Of a DNA stretch of 64,000 bases, positions 8,724-18,551 are shown piece after piece. Where the stretch lies: assembly GCA_016841485.1 (NCBI GenBank), contig JAENZA010000002.1, positions 30,927 to 94,926 of the forward strand, written 5' to 3'. Each line of letters opens with the position of its first letter. Position 1 is the first letter of the stretch. The notes under the pieces were generated by a model. The model ran no database searches. It saw nothing but the letters and a program-made list of their open reading frames with translations, and was not told where the DNA came from. A program made the translations under genes and the position numbers. Origin of the DNA: Methanobacteriota archaeon. Lineage in GTDB: Archaea > Halobacteriota > Methanomicrobia > Methanomicrobiales > Methanomicrobiaceae.

Positions 8724-10621
8724 GATTCTTCCATAATATCCGAGCCGCCGGGTGGAACAAATGCCATGACGCTATCGGCATTGAGGACGGTCTTGATACT
8801 CTTCCAGTCATCGGGAAACTGTTCACGCAACCGTTTGAGTACTTTTTTTGCAATATCGTTGGGTTCGAAGGTTCCTGGTGCAAGAACAATGTAGTGCTTC
8901 GCATGTGCCTTGACGGCCGTCACGGGTCCTCCGATCACCCCCAGTTCCGGTGCCGTCTGGAGGCCGATGGCGATACCCAGCGGTGTATCCCTGAAATACC
9001 TGCGTTCACCCCTGACCACAAATGCACCTCTGGCGACGTATTCTCCCGATTCCGGAGTTTTGCTGACCTGATTCTGTTCTGCTGCATAGACATCAGCGGT
9101 AAAATGACCTGCCTTCCATGCATTTGAATAGGATGCGGCAAATTGTGCCACTTCATCCCAGTGGGCCGTATCCCCTTTGACGATGACGACACTTCCGCCG
9201 TGAACATCGGCATGTACGAAATAGTCTCCTCCCTGGAGGTATTTTTTCACAATTTCCTCGTTGGTTCCGGCGTCTTTGCCGCCGATCATCAGGACATTGT
9301 CGCTGGTATAGCACCAGCGGAACCGGTGATACCATGCCTTTTTCATCGGGCGGAATTCTGCGGTTTTCTTCTTTATCGGCTGTTCGCGGAATTTCTCCAT
9401 CGCCGCAAGGGCACCGGTACGCTTTTTACGGAATTTTTTCACCAGGTCATAGTAGCGGGCGGCATTGGCCTCAAGACTCTCATGGACATGGATCTTAACT
9501 TTCTCCTCGCCGACGAGCACATCCACCGCTGCTTCCGAGGGATATACTTTTAGTATTGCCCTTGCAGCAGGCAACTCGCTTGATGCCAGGATCTCTTCAA
9601 TATCCTGCCACGAGGTGGTTGTACTTGCGGCATCGAGGGTTTCGATGATGTCTGCCACCTCGCCGTAGTGTTCGTAGATGGCATCAACAATTGCCTGGTA
9701 TGCGGAGATTTTCTTTTCGAATGATTGTATCGCTTCTCCCTGCCGTTTCCTGATAATCTCTTCTTTTGTCAGTTTCTCTTTGCCTTTGACCGCCTTTTCC
9801 TTTTCTCCTTCATATTTTGGATAGTAGGTGTCAAGGGCCTCGTTAAATGTCGCATACCGTGCAATGATCTCTTCGTCCCCTATGGGAAACGGCCAGCAGC
9901 CTGTCCGGGTGATGCAGGGATCGGTATCCGACTCCGCACGGTTGATCAGGGCGATGTAGGCCGGATAGATGTTTTCGGGTGCTGCCTCGATTGCAGGAAT
10001 CGATTTTTCAACCTGTGCAATACGACAGACCTCTTCTGCATACCGCCCGCCCAGCATCATTTTCGTTGCAAGCGTTCGTACCAGATCCGTCTCAGAAGTG
10101 AGAAATGCCTCTTTCATCCTTTCAGTATCAATACTATCATCTACGCCGGGACCGGCAAGCGTATACCGTTCGCCTGCGACGACATCTCTGTCCCTGAACC
10201 TGTGGCGCCGGAACGGTTGAATAATCCGGTATTCCTCATCACAAATGATGATGTTCCCCTCATCAAACATCTCAAAGATCAGGTGGTATCGCCGTTCGCT
10301 CTTTCCCACCTCGATATCGACGATACGTTCGATGCCCGGTTGGCTGACAGCAAGAATCCGGCCCCCGTTCAGGTATTTTCTGATGACCATCGAGTAACCT
10401 GATGGATTTTTCGGAGCAGAGGGCAGTTCGCCGGAGAGGTGCATACGGACCCCTGTCTCAATAAATAACTGGTATTTACTCTTACCTTCGCCGTTTATGC
10501 GTATCCCGAAGAACGATGAATCATACTGGTATGATTTTCCAATCCACAGGGGAAGAACAGCACGGAACTCCGAAATAAATGCACGGAGATCCAGTCCGCT
10601 CATGCCTTTTTTATTTGCCAT
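8720..10621 (-). CDS. NFACT-family ribosome quality-control protein (RqcH/Rqc2-like, FbpA N-terminal domain)
   Basis: 633 aa. NFACT-N-like N-terminus (LDLRAFISEF...GIERIVDIEV), a central coiled coil, and an NFACT-R-like C-terminal region (DYFVHADVHGGSVVIVKG). Confidence 0.8.
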   Translation of the reverse strand: MANKKGMSGLDLRAFISEFRAVLPLWIGKSYQYDSSFFGIRINGEGKSKYQLFIETGVRMHLSGELPSAPKNPSGYSMVIRKYLNGGRILAVSQPGIERIVDIEVGKSERRYHLIFEMFDEGNIIICDEEYRIIQPFRRHRFRDRDVVAGERYTLAGPGVDDSIDTERMKEAFLTSETDLVRTLATKMMLGGRYAEEVCRIAQVEKSIPAIEAAPENIYPAYIALINRAESDTDPCITRTGCWPFPIGDEEIIARYATFNEALDTYYPKYEGEKEKAVKGKEKLTKEEIIRKRQGEAIQSFEKKISAYQAIVDAIYEHYGEVADIIETLDAASTTTSWQDIEEILASSELPAARAILKVYPSEAAVDVLVGEEKVKIHVHESLEANAARYYDLVKKFRKKRTGALAAMEKFREQPIKKKTAEFRPMKKAWYHRFRWCYTSDNVLMIGGKDAGTNEEIVKKYLQGGDYFVHADVHGGSVVIVKGDTAHWDEVAQFAASYSNAWKAGHFTADVYAAEQNQVSKTPESGEYVARGAFVVRGERRYFRDTPLGIAIGLQTAPELGVIGGPVTAVKAHAKHYIVLAPGTFEPNDIAKKVLKRLREQFPDDWKSIKTVLNADSVMAFVPPGGSDIMEES

Positions 10622-10661
10622 CGATGTACCAAACTACATATTGTCGGAGCACAAAAATATA

Positions 10662-11033
10662 ATGACTGGTGGCAGGATGACTGAAGATACTATCCTGGTG
10701 GATAAACCTGGGCAAAAACCTGTAAAAACGCAGGAAGTAAAAATAAAGGAGCATAATGAGAGAATCCTCCGGACCAGCATCGGATGTTTCATGGGTATTC
10801 TTGCCGGGGTCCTCTCATTTGTTCTTATTGGGGACCCTTCACTTCCTGAAAATTCTGCGAGAGGGCTCATCGGGCTTCTTCTGCTTCTTGCGGCTATTGT
10901 GTTTCAGAAACAGATCTTTCTCCTCATGAAGATTGATGTCACCCATCTCGGCGGAAAGGACTGGTTTTATCAGGGGTTCATGGCCTTATCCATGTGGTTT
11001 ATTTCCTGGACCATCCTTCTGACCGTACAATAA
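10662..11033 (+). CDS. Small membrane protein (about 123 aa, 3 predicted TM helices)
   Basis: Start set at ATG 10662 (MTGGRMTEDT), outside the RqcH gene. Hydrophobic segments GCFMGILAGVLSFVLIG, GLIGLLLLLAAIVF and FMALSMWFISWTILLTV. Ends 18 nt before ABCE1. Confidence 0.5.
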   Translation: MTGGRMTEDTILVDKPGQKPVKTQEVKIKEHNERILRTSIGCFMGILAGVLSFVLIGDPSLPENSARGLIGLLLLLAAIVFQKQIFLLMKIDVTHLGGKDWFYQGFMALSMWFISWTILLTVQ

Positions 11034-11051
11034 TATTTTTAGTGATTTATC

Positions 11052-12824
11052 ATGCGCATTGCGATTGTTCATCGTGACAGGTGCCACCCTCCCAAATGCG
11101 GGAAAGAATGTATTCTTTATTGTCCCCGCGTCAGAACCGGTGACGAAACTGTTGTTATCGGGGAAGACGGTAAAGCGGTGATATCCGAAGAACTCTGTGT
11201 GGGGTGTGGGATCTGCATAAAAAAATGTCCTTTCGATGCAATCGATATTGTATCGCTCCCGGAAGAACTCGAGCAGGCCACCCACCGCTATGGTGCCAAT
11301 GGATTTGCCCTCTATGGTCTGCCAATTCCGGTTGAGGGGAAGGTAACCGGTATTCTTGGTGCAAATGGCATTGGTAAAAGTACCGCGGTAAAGATCCTCA
11401 GCGGCCAGCTGACGCCGAACCTCGGCAATCCTTCCGAAGAGGCATCATGGGAGAGTATCCTGAAAAAATTTGCCGGAACCGAACTTTTTGATTATCTCCA
11501 GACCATCGCCGGGTCGTCGATGAAGACGGCTCTCAAACCGCAGTACATTGATTTCATCCCCAGGGTGTTCAAGGGGAAGGTCTCCGAACTTCTCAGCTCA
11601 ACGGATGAACGCGGCATGCTGGAGACCTATGTCCGTGAAATGAAACTCGATGCTATCCTGGACCGTCCGATAGATAAGCTCAGTGGTGGTGAACTCCAGC
11701 GGGTTGCACTGGCGGCATGTCTTTCGAGAGATGCGGATTTCTATTTCCTCGATGAAATTACCCCGTTTCTTGATATCTACCAGAGGATGAAGGCAGCACA
11801 CCTGATACGGGAACTTGCGGAGGAAAAACCGGTTGTCATCGTTGAGCACGACCTTGCGATCCTTGATCTTCTGGCCGATACCGTCCATGTGGTATACGGA
11901 AAACCGAGTGTCTTCGGTATCATCACGCGTCCCAAGGGCGTCAGAATTGGCATCAACCAGTATCTGGAGGGTTTTCTCCCCGAGGAGAACGTCAGGTTCA
12001 GGGATTATTCGGTTACCTTTGAGAAACGTGCCCATTCGGGAGATATCAACCGCGAGATTCTGGTGGAAATTCCCCCGATGGAGAAGCATTATGATGCGTT
12101 CTCCCTCCATATCGACGGCGGGGAGATACGAAAGGGTGAAGTACTCGGTCTCGTCGGTGCCAACGGAATAGGGAAGAGTACGTTTGCAAAACTTCTTGCA
12201 GGCGTCGAAAAACCTGATGCCGGTGCGATGAACAGCGAGGTGCGCATTTCCTATAAACCCCAGTACATCAAACCCGAGGGAACATCTTCTGTTGAATTCA
12301 TCCTCCGTCAGGCGACGAGATCCTTTGATTCATCCTATTACCAGCATGAAATCATCGAACCGTTGTCCCTGAACCCTATCCTCCAGTCACGAGTGGACGA
12401 GCTCAGTGGTGGTGAACTGCAGCGGGTGGCCATTGCATTATGTCTTTCCCAGGATGCAGATCTGTATATTCTCGATGAACCGAGCGCCCATCTTGATGTG
12501 GAACAGAGGGTGAGACTGGCGCGTATCCTGAGGCGCCATGCAGAGGGCAGAGAGTCCGGCATCATTGTCATTGATCACGATATCTATGTTATCGATATGA
12601 TCAGTGAACGGATGCTGGTGTTCGACGGTGATCCCGGTGTTCACGGGACCGCGTACGGCCCCTATGGAATGAAAGACGGCATGAACCATTTCCTGCGAAA
12701 TCTCGGGGTAACGTTCAGGAGGGATAAATCCGGAAGGCCACGTATCAATAAACCCGGCTCATATCTCGACCGCGAACAGCGCTCTGCAGGTGAATTTTAT
12801 TATGCTGATATATCCAAATCCTAA
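11052..12824 (+). CDS. abcE1: ABCE1 / RNase L inhibitor homolog (ribosome recycling ATPase)
   Basis: N-terminal 2x[4Fe-4S] region (CPPKCGKECILYCP, CVGCGICIKKCP) and two ABC cassettes (GANGIGKST twice, LSGGELQRVA twice). Confidence 0.93.
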   Translation: MRIAIVHRDRCHPPKCGKECILYCPRVRTGDETVVIGEDGKAVISEELCVGCGICIKKCPFDAIDIVSLPEELEQATHRYGANGFALYGLPIPVEGKVTGILGANGIGKSTAVKILSGQLTPNLGNPSEEASWESILKKFAGTELFDYLQTIAGSSMKTALKPQYIDFIPRVFKGKVSELLSSTDERGMLETYVREMKLDAILDRPIDKLSGGELQRVALAACLSRDADFYFLDEITPFLDIYQRMKAAHLIRELAEEKPVVIVEHDLAILDLLADTVHVVYGKPSVFGIITRPKGVRIGINQYLEGFLPEENVRFRDYSVTFEKRAHSGDINREILVEIPPMEKHYDAFSLHIDGGEIRKGEVLGLVGANGIGKSTFAKLLAGVEKPDAGAMNSEVRISYKPQYIKPEGTSSVEFILRQATRSFDSSYYQHEIIEPLSLNPILQSRVDELSGGELQRVAIALCLSQDADLYILDEPSAHLDVEQRVRLARILRRHAEGRESGIIVIDHDIYVIDMISERMLVFDGDPGVHGTAYGPYGMKDGMNHFLRNLGVTFRRDKSGRPRINKPGSYLDREQRSAGEFYYADISKS

Positions 12825-12869
12825 TCATTTATTGGTTGAGACGGAAAACAACTACTGTACTGGTGGAGA

Positions 12870-14060
12870 ATGACAAGGGGAGAGAAATTATCGGACGCGG
12901 TTCAGTATGAAAAAATTGAAACGCTGAAGCGTGATCTTCTTTCGTATATTAACCAGAATTCTGAAAAAATAAGCTCAAATCTCCCTGTTTTTTTTGCTCA
13001 TGTCATCTCTGCTCTCGATAACGGATTTTCCACGATTGATGATGCCGCCCACGATGAATTTATCGACTCCATTGCATCGGCCGTCATGGAAAAGATCTCA
13101 TCGGGTGGAGAGCCGGAAGTTATCGAACGGATTATCTCAAATGCAGCCCGGTGCAAACGTAAATCCTCCAGTAAGGCATCCTTAAAAATCCTGGCCGGCA
13201 TCAGGCTTCTCTCTGCAGGGGCGTATAAGGAATCCCTGGAATATTTTGGGGATTACTGGCGGTATGATTGTAGGATCGGATTTTACCGGGCGTTTTGCTA
13301 TTATAAGCTCTCCAGTGAAGAGAAGAGCAGGACCGGAGGAAAGGAATCTCAGACCGGCAAGGACTATGAGATGGCTGCACGTGAGCAGTTGATTGAACTG
13401 GTGAAGGTGAAGCCACCGATGTACCGGGTCCGGCAGGTCGACTTTATTACGACACCCGAGACGGAGAATGCCTTCTGGTTTATGATAAAAATCGCGCTCT
13501 GGTGGTTTCCGACAGAACGCTGGTTTATCAGGACCGGTATCCAGAAGGCAAAAAAGGATGCCAATGACGAAAAGCGAATGGAAATGTTGAACATCGCAAC
13601 TGTCCGTTTTTATAATGATCTCGATTTTCTTCGGGAAGCCTATCACCTGAAGATTGATACAAAGGACGGTGTGGGAGCAAACGGGCTCGTCAAGCAGATG
13701 ATGCAGCAGCATCCTGAGAGTCTTGAACCGGTCTATTTCGGGATAAAACTGGCCCTTCTTACCGGTGAGACATCGTCGTATAATTCCTATCGAAGCCTGG
13801 CAATGGAGAAGGGGATGCCGAATTATCTCATTCAGTTACTGGATTTTTCATTTTTCGTCATGAAAGGACAGGAAACCGAAGCGTTTGTCCATTTTAATGA
13901 TATGTCCCGGCGGTTTAAATCATTGAAATATTATCTCTCCCCGCTTGAATATCTGGCAAAGGACATTTTCAGTAATGATGATAATCGGGCAGTTCCGGCA
14001 AAGAGGATCTTTTTGGAATCCGTCGATCTCTATGCCGTAAAAATCTTAAAAATTCAGTGA
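12870..14060 (+). CDS. Hypothetical all-helical (TPR-like?) protein, 396 aa
   Basis: Long clean ORF with no signal peptide and no motif I recognise. Converges on the propeller gene with a 5-nt gap. Confidence 0.5.
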   Translation: MTRGEKLSDAVQYEKIETLKRDLLSYINQNSEKISSNLPVFFAHVISALDNGFSTIDDAAHDEFIDSIASAVMEKISSGGEPEVIERIISNAARCKRKSSSKASLKILAGIRLLSAGAYKESLEYFGDYWRYDCRIGFYRAFCYYKLSSEEKSRTGGKESQTGKDYEMAAREQLIELVKVKPPMYRVRQVDFITTPETENAFWFMIKIALWWFPTERWFIRTGIQKAKKDANDEKRMEMLNIATVRFYNDLDFLREAYHLKIDTKDGVGANGLVKQMMQQHPESLEPVYFGIKLALLTGETSSYNSYRSLAMEKGMPNYLIQLLDFSFFVMKGQETEAFVHFNDMSRRFKSLKYYLSPLEYLAKDIFSNDDNRAVPAKRIFLESVDLYAVKILKIQ

Positions 14061-14065
14061 AAGCG

Positions 14066-15157
14066 TTATCTGGCTTCTGTGTAGATAATGTTCACTTCCA
14101 GGGGCTCCGGGTTTGTCGCAGTGTAGGCGGGGGAGAAGGAAGGGTCTGTTATCTCGATAGGGATGAGAAGCTTTTTCTCTTTGATATAATACCCGATTTC
14201 ATAGGGGGTGACAAACCAGTATCTCCGGGATGAATCGGGGAAGACCCGGGTAATTTTATTGTTCTGCAGATCGGTGGTGCTTCTGCTGATATGCTGTTGT
14301 ATCTCATGATCCTGGACTTCATACATCCCGTTAGTTGTTCCTATGAGGAGTGTGGCATCCTCAGCTGCCTGAACATCACTGAACCGGATATCTCCGCTGC
14401 CAAGTTCATCCGAGACGAGCACGACCGTCAGACCACTGGTGGGGGAATACCGGTAGATGGTGGTGTCATTATAGAGCATCACCCCTCCAAAGGGGTAGTC
14501 GGTAAGGCCGGTGATCATATCGATGTCCGGAATATCGCATACCTGTTCGAATGAACTATCCTCATATCCTCCCCCGGTCTTCCAGAGGCCATGGTGAACT
14601 GAAAGGGCATATATTGAACCAGTTTCATGATCTAGAGCCATACGGTCGATGGTATGGGTGTCCAGCCCTCCTGCATGAAAGGGGCGAAACCAGGTCCAGG
14701 TGCCGTTTGAATACCTCTGGAGGCCCGAATTGCCGATGGCAATCCAGATATCATCCCCGGATCTCAGGACAGCATGAACCGGCATATGCCGGAATATCGT
14801 GCCCTCATCGATATTGAAAAAGACCTCCCCGTCATAGGTCTGAATTCCGGCTGCATATCCTATCCACAGGGAATTTACAGAGTCGAAGGAAAGGGACCTG
14901 AGATAATCATCCCTCATGCCGGTCTCATACTCCCATGGGGTGGAGTGGAGCGACGTCCATCCTCCATCAAACATCGAGATGCCCGAAGACGTGGCAAAGG
15001 CGACCATGCCATCCTGGCCTTCGGCAATGGCTTTGACATCGCAGCTGACAAGGGTGTCCAGATCCGGCCGGAATGTATGAAGAGCCACTCCTGCTGCAGG
15101 ACTTGCAAGGAGCAGCACAAGGAGGACGGCCGGGAATATACCTAGAGTTCTTTCCAT
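14066..15157 (-). CDS. Exported beta-propeller-like protein (two-component-regulator-propeller-like repeats)
   Basis: N-terminal signal/anchor MERTLGIFPAVLLVLLLASPAAG. Recurring Trp/Gly repeats (LWIGYAAGIQTYDG, IWIAIGNSGLQRYSNGTWTWF, GLWKTGGG, TIYRYSP). The start overlaps the cheD stop by 16 nt. Confidence 0.6.
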   Translation of the reverse strand: MERTLGIFPAVLLVLLLASPAAGVALHTFRPDLDTLVSCDVKAIAEGQDGMVAFATSSGISMFDGGWTSLHSTPWEYETGMRDDYLRSLSFDSVNSLWIGYAAGIQTYDGEVFFNIDEGTIFRHMPVHAVLRSGDDIWIAIGNSGLQRYSNGTWTWFRPFHAGGLDTHTIDRMALDHETGSIYALSVHHGLWKTGGGYEDSSFEQVCDIPDIDMITGLTDYPFGGVMLYNDTTIYRYSPTSGLTVVLVSDELGSGDIRFSDVQAAEDATLLIGTTNGMYEVQDHEIQQHISRSTTDLQNNKITRVFPDSSRRYWFVTPYEIGYYIKEKKLLIPIEITDPSFSPAYTATNPEPLEVNIIYTEAR

Positions 15158-15633
15158 TCTCCATTTGCCTGTTTGATAGTGATCGTACCACCGTTCGTGG
15201 GGATATACGTGATGGATCTTCCCGATGTTCCTCCTGTTTCTTCGGTGACAAGCGGGATACAGTGAACCTTGAGGGCCTGACTGACTGCTTCAATGTTTCT
15301 CGAACCAATATCCAGATCCCCCCTGAATTTCTCAAACATGCGGGCCCCCCCGATGATCGTCGCCTGGAGGGAACGGGGTTTTGACCCCCGTTTGATGAGT
15401 TCTGTTTTCAGGAGGGGGACGGCAGTGTCGGCGAATTTTCCCGGCCTTTCATCGCGCCCTTTACTTTCGGGGAGCATGATATGGGCAACGGCCCCGATTT
15501 TCAGGTAATCATCATGGATAATCAGGGCAATGCAGGACCCGAGACCGATCGAGGTCATGGTCATTGAACCGACAGAAAACTCTCCGATTCCAACATTGAT
15601 CTTATCTGCCGTATCCCTTGTATATCCGCTCAT
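15142..15633 (-). CDS. cheD: Chemoreceptor glutamine deamidase CheD
   Basis: 163 aa. ...IGLGSCIALIIHD... contains the catalytic Cys context. Sits inside the che operon. Confidence 0.85.
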   Translation of the reverse strand: MSGYTRDTADKINVGIGEFSVGSMTMTSIGLGSCIALIIHDDYLKIGAVAHIMLPESKGRDERPGKFADTAVPLLKTELIKRGSKPRSLQATIIGGARMFEKFRGDLDIGSRNIEAVSQALKVHCIPLVTEETGGTSGRSITYIPTNGGTITIKQANGEWKEL

Positions 15634-15646
15634 GGTATTCCAGCCG

Positions 15647-16270
15647 TCAGGAAACCTGTTCCAGTAAATTATCGAGCAGTGACAGAATTTCTGTCAGGGT
15701 ATTTTCTTCAGGCAGAAGAACAATCGTGCTCTGAATCCCGTTTTCTGATTCCTTTAATTCCGTAGAAAACAGCAGAATCTCGTTGATGTCAAGTGCCACC
15801 TGGGCGACGATATTTTCAAACGACGCGTGGGCCATATCAATGGCAAGTTGTGGTGGTGACGGAAGCATTACGATACCGAGCAATTCAGCAGTTGCATCAA
15901 GAAAATGGGATACCATAATATTGCCCACTTCCAGGAGGGCGCTTTCGTCCATTTCATTGATCTCTCGATCTTCATCCTGCATACCGATCATTGCGTTCGT
16001 CATCCTTATGGCTGACTTTAACGGGACGTGATAGACGATGTAACCGGCAGGGTCGATGGTGCCCTGGATTTCAAAGACCACCATTGCACAGATTTCTTCG
16101 CCAAAATAGTCTGAAATATCAGCGATGTCGATCTTCTTCACTTCAGGAACGGTCATCGAGATCTCGTTCATCAACATCTGGGAAAGTGACGTCGCTGCGT
16201 GAGAAGCGCCGATATTCCCCATCTCCTGTAAGGCATCCAGTTGTTTTTCATTTAGATCCATTTCTTTCAC
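15647..16270 (-). CDS. cheC: CheY-P phosphatase CheC
   Basis: Two CheC-type repeats: DALQEMGNIGASHAATSLS and ALLEVGNIMVSHFLDAT. Confidence 0.85.
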   Translation of the reverse strand: MKEMDLNEKQLDALQEMGNIGASHAATSLSQMLMNEISMTVPEVKKIDIADISDYFGEEICAMVVFEIQGTIDPAGYIVYHVPLKSAIRMTNAMIGMQDEDREINEMDESALLEVGNIMVSHFLDATAELLGIVMLPSPPQLAIDMAHASFENIVAQVALDINEILLFSTELKESENGIQSTIVLLPEENTLTEILSLLDNLLEQVS

Positions 16271-16274
16271 CAGT

Positions 16275-18551
16275 TTATACCATAGTATTCACATCAATAA
16301 TCGGAATGACATCACCGTCGCCCGGGATGGTTACGCCGCTCACCCCCCGGCAGGCGCCGATTACTCTGCTCAGCGGTTTTACCACAACTTCCTGCTGGCC
16401 TTCGACGATGTCCACGGGTACACAGCATTTGTGTCCCTGGTACTGGACGACAACAATGATATCTCCCGACCCGTTGGAGCCAAACATCTCTTCAAGCCGG
16501 TGAATCTGGAGGACATCGTCGCGGAAGGGTATTGCCTCACTCTTTCCTATCCGGACAATATCCTTCGGATTTATCCGTGCTACCTCCACGACCGAATTGA
16601 TGGGAATTGCGCATCTGCATCCGTTAATCCGCACCATCATGACTTCGATGATGGCCATTGTCGGGGGAAGGGTGAGCGTGAATGTTGTGCCTTTTCCTTC
16701 TTCCGAGGTAACGGCAATAGAACCCTGCAATGATTCGATAGTACTCTTGACGACGTCAAGGCCCACCCCCCTGCCACTGATATCGGTTATCGTTTCCGCC
16801 GTTGAAAATCCCGGCTGGAACAGGAATGCGGCGATCTCTTCTTTCGAGAGAGATTCACCTGCTTCGGGTTCTGCAAGCCCCCGCTGAACAGCTTTTTTCA
16901 GAACCGCCCGGGTATTGATGCCCCCTCCGTCATCACCGAGCTCTATGACGACATTTCCCCGTTCTCTCCATGCCCGCAGTCTGATTGTTCCCCTGGGGTC
17001 TTTCCCGCGGCGGATTCGCTCTTCAGGTGTTTCAATTCCATGATTTACGGCATTGCGAATGAGGTGGAGGAGCGGGTCACCCAGCCCGTCAATGACACTG
17101 CGGTCCATCTCGGTATCTCCTCCCTCCATGAGAAATTCAACTTCTTTTCCATCATGATTCGCAACATCCCTGACAACCCGGGGGAATCGTTTGAAGATCT
17201 GGTCCAGGGGAATCATCCGGATGTTTATCATCATGTTCTGGAGTTCGGAGATCGACCTGCCGACCATTCCCATGGCTTCATCGACTTCCTTGTTATTGTA
17301 TTGCCGTGCCAGCTGCCTCAGGCGTCCGCCGTTAATGACGAGGTCCTCCACCATGGTCATCATCTGGTCGAGTTTATGGATGTCAACGCGGATGTTATGG
17401 ACGGTCTTTGATGCTTTATCCTGCCTCTTCTGCCCCGTTTTTTTCTCATCCGGTATCGTCTCATTCAAGTCATTGGATGGATCATTCCATTCCCGGGGAT
17501 CCCCCGTTAGTTCGTCGATATCGATGGAGGCGATATCGGTCACCCGTGCTGCCGAAAGAAGGGCTTCCCGGCCTGCGTCGGAGGATAGAATGATATCCAG
17601 TGTTCCTTCGAAATTCCCTTCGTCAAGGTCCCTCTCCTTAGGAGTGGTTCTGATGATGGTGGCCATCTGTTTCAGGTTTTCCAGTGCAATCAGTGCACGT
17701 ACATCCTTCATCGTGCAGTCTTCGGCAACGGTGATGCGCATCAGGTAGTGGGGTAAGGTATCGGATGATGGTTCTGCACCAGTTGGCGTGACTGCGGTGG
17801 TGATCGGCGACACGTTCACCGATGCCACTTCGGGGATGGAAGCAAGGGAGGTGATTTCTTCTGCCTCAAGCATGCTATCGAGATCAATGTCGAGCATACC
17901 GTCAAAATCCGCCGATTCTCCTTCAAGATATTCTGCTGACGGTCGTGAAGAGACGACGGTACCTGCATTTTCCAGATTCTGCAGGACCATGAGTGCACGG
18001 ATGTCTTTTGTTATGCTTGACGGATCGATGGTGACGGTTACCCGGTGAGTGGGATGTGACCCGGGTTCGTCCTTTGGCTGGACAGGAGTGCTGTCTCCGG
18101 TTGAGTAGGCGGGGTCGGATTTTCCACTGCATGGTTGTTCATCGAAATCCGGGGTGTTGGGGAGATCACGTTTTCCGGTTTCAGCAATGAGCCGATGAAC
18201 GAGATCTGTTGCATCTATGGATGAACTGTCTCCACCGGCTTCAATATCATCCAGCATCTCTTCAATTGAGTCTGTGCAGTTGAGGAGCAGATTGACAAGG
18301 TCCGGTGTTACTTTTTTTGACCCGTTACGGATTTCATCGAAAACATCCTCCATGGAGTGGCAAAGCATTTCCATGGCATCATATCCCATCGAAGCGGCCA
18401 TTCCCTTGAGCGTATGGGCGGCACGGAATATCTCATCGATAGCATTCGAATCCAAACCTTCTTCGAGGACCAGAAGGTTACTCACCAGATTTTCGTGGTT
18501 TTCCTGTGATTCCGCAACAAAGAGTTTACGGTATGTTTCATCATCAGACAT
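16275..18551 (-). CDS. cheA: Chemotaxis histidine kinase CheA
   Basis: Hpt (FRAAHTLKGMAA), dimerisation region, HATPase (HLIRNAVNHG, GDDGGGI, GRGVGLD) and a C-terminal CheW-like domain. Carries an internal tandem duplication in the linker (see findings). Confidence 0.93.
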   Translation of the reverse strand: MSDDETYRKLFVAESQENHENLVSNLLVLEEGLDSNAIDEIFRAAHTLKGMAASMGYDAMEMLCHSMEDVFDEIRNGSKKVTPDLVNLLLNCTDSIEEMLDDIEAGGDSSSIDATDLVHRLIAETGKRDLPNTPDFDEQPCSGKSDPAYSTGDSTPVQPKDEPGSHPTHRVTVTIDPSSITKDIRALMVLQNLENAGTVVSSRPSAEYLEGESADFDGMLDIDLDSMLEAEEITSLASIPEVASVNVSPITTAVTPTGAEPSSDTLPHYLMRITVAEDCTMKDVRALIALENLKQMATIIRTTPKERDLDEGNFEGTLDIILSSDAGREALLSAARVTDIASIDIDELTGDPREWNDPSNDLNETIPDEKKTGQKRQDKASKTVHNIRVDIHKLDQMMTMVEDLVINGGRLRQLARQYNNKEVDEAMGMVGRSISELQNMMINIRMIPLDQIFKRFPRVVRDVANHDGKEVEFLMEGGDTEMDRSVIDGLGDPLLHLIRNAVNHGIETPEERIRRGKDPRGTIRLRAWRERGNVVIELGDDGGGINTRAVLKKAVQRGLAEPEAGESLSKEEIAAFLFQPGFSTAETITDISGRGVGLDVVKSTIESLQGSIAVTSEEGKGTTFTLTLPPTMAIIEVMMVRINGCRCAIPINSVVEVARINPKDIVRIGKSEAIPFRDDVLQIHRLEEMFGSNGSGDIIVVVQYQGHKCCVPVDIVEGQQEVVVKPLSRVIGACRGVSGVTIPGDGDVIPIIDVNTMV

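Noticed and set aside
9725-10402. 225-aa plus-strand ORF
   Set aside because: It is antisense to the NFACT/RqcH-like gene and has no motifs.
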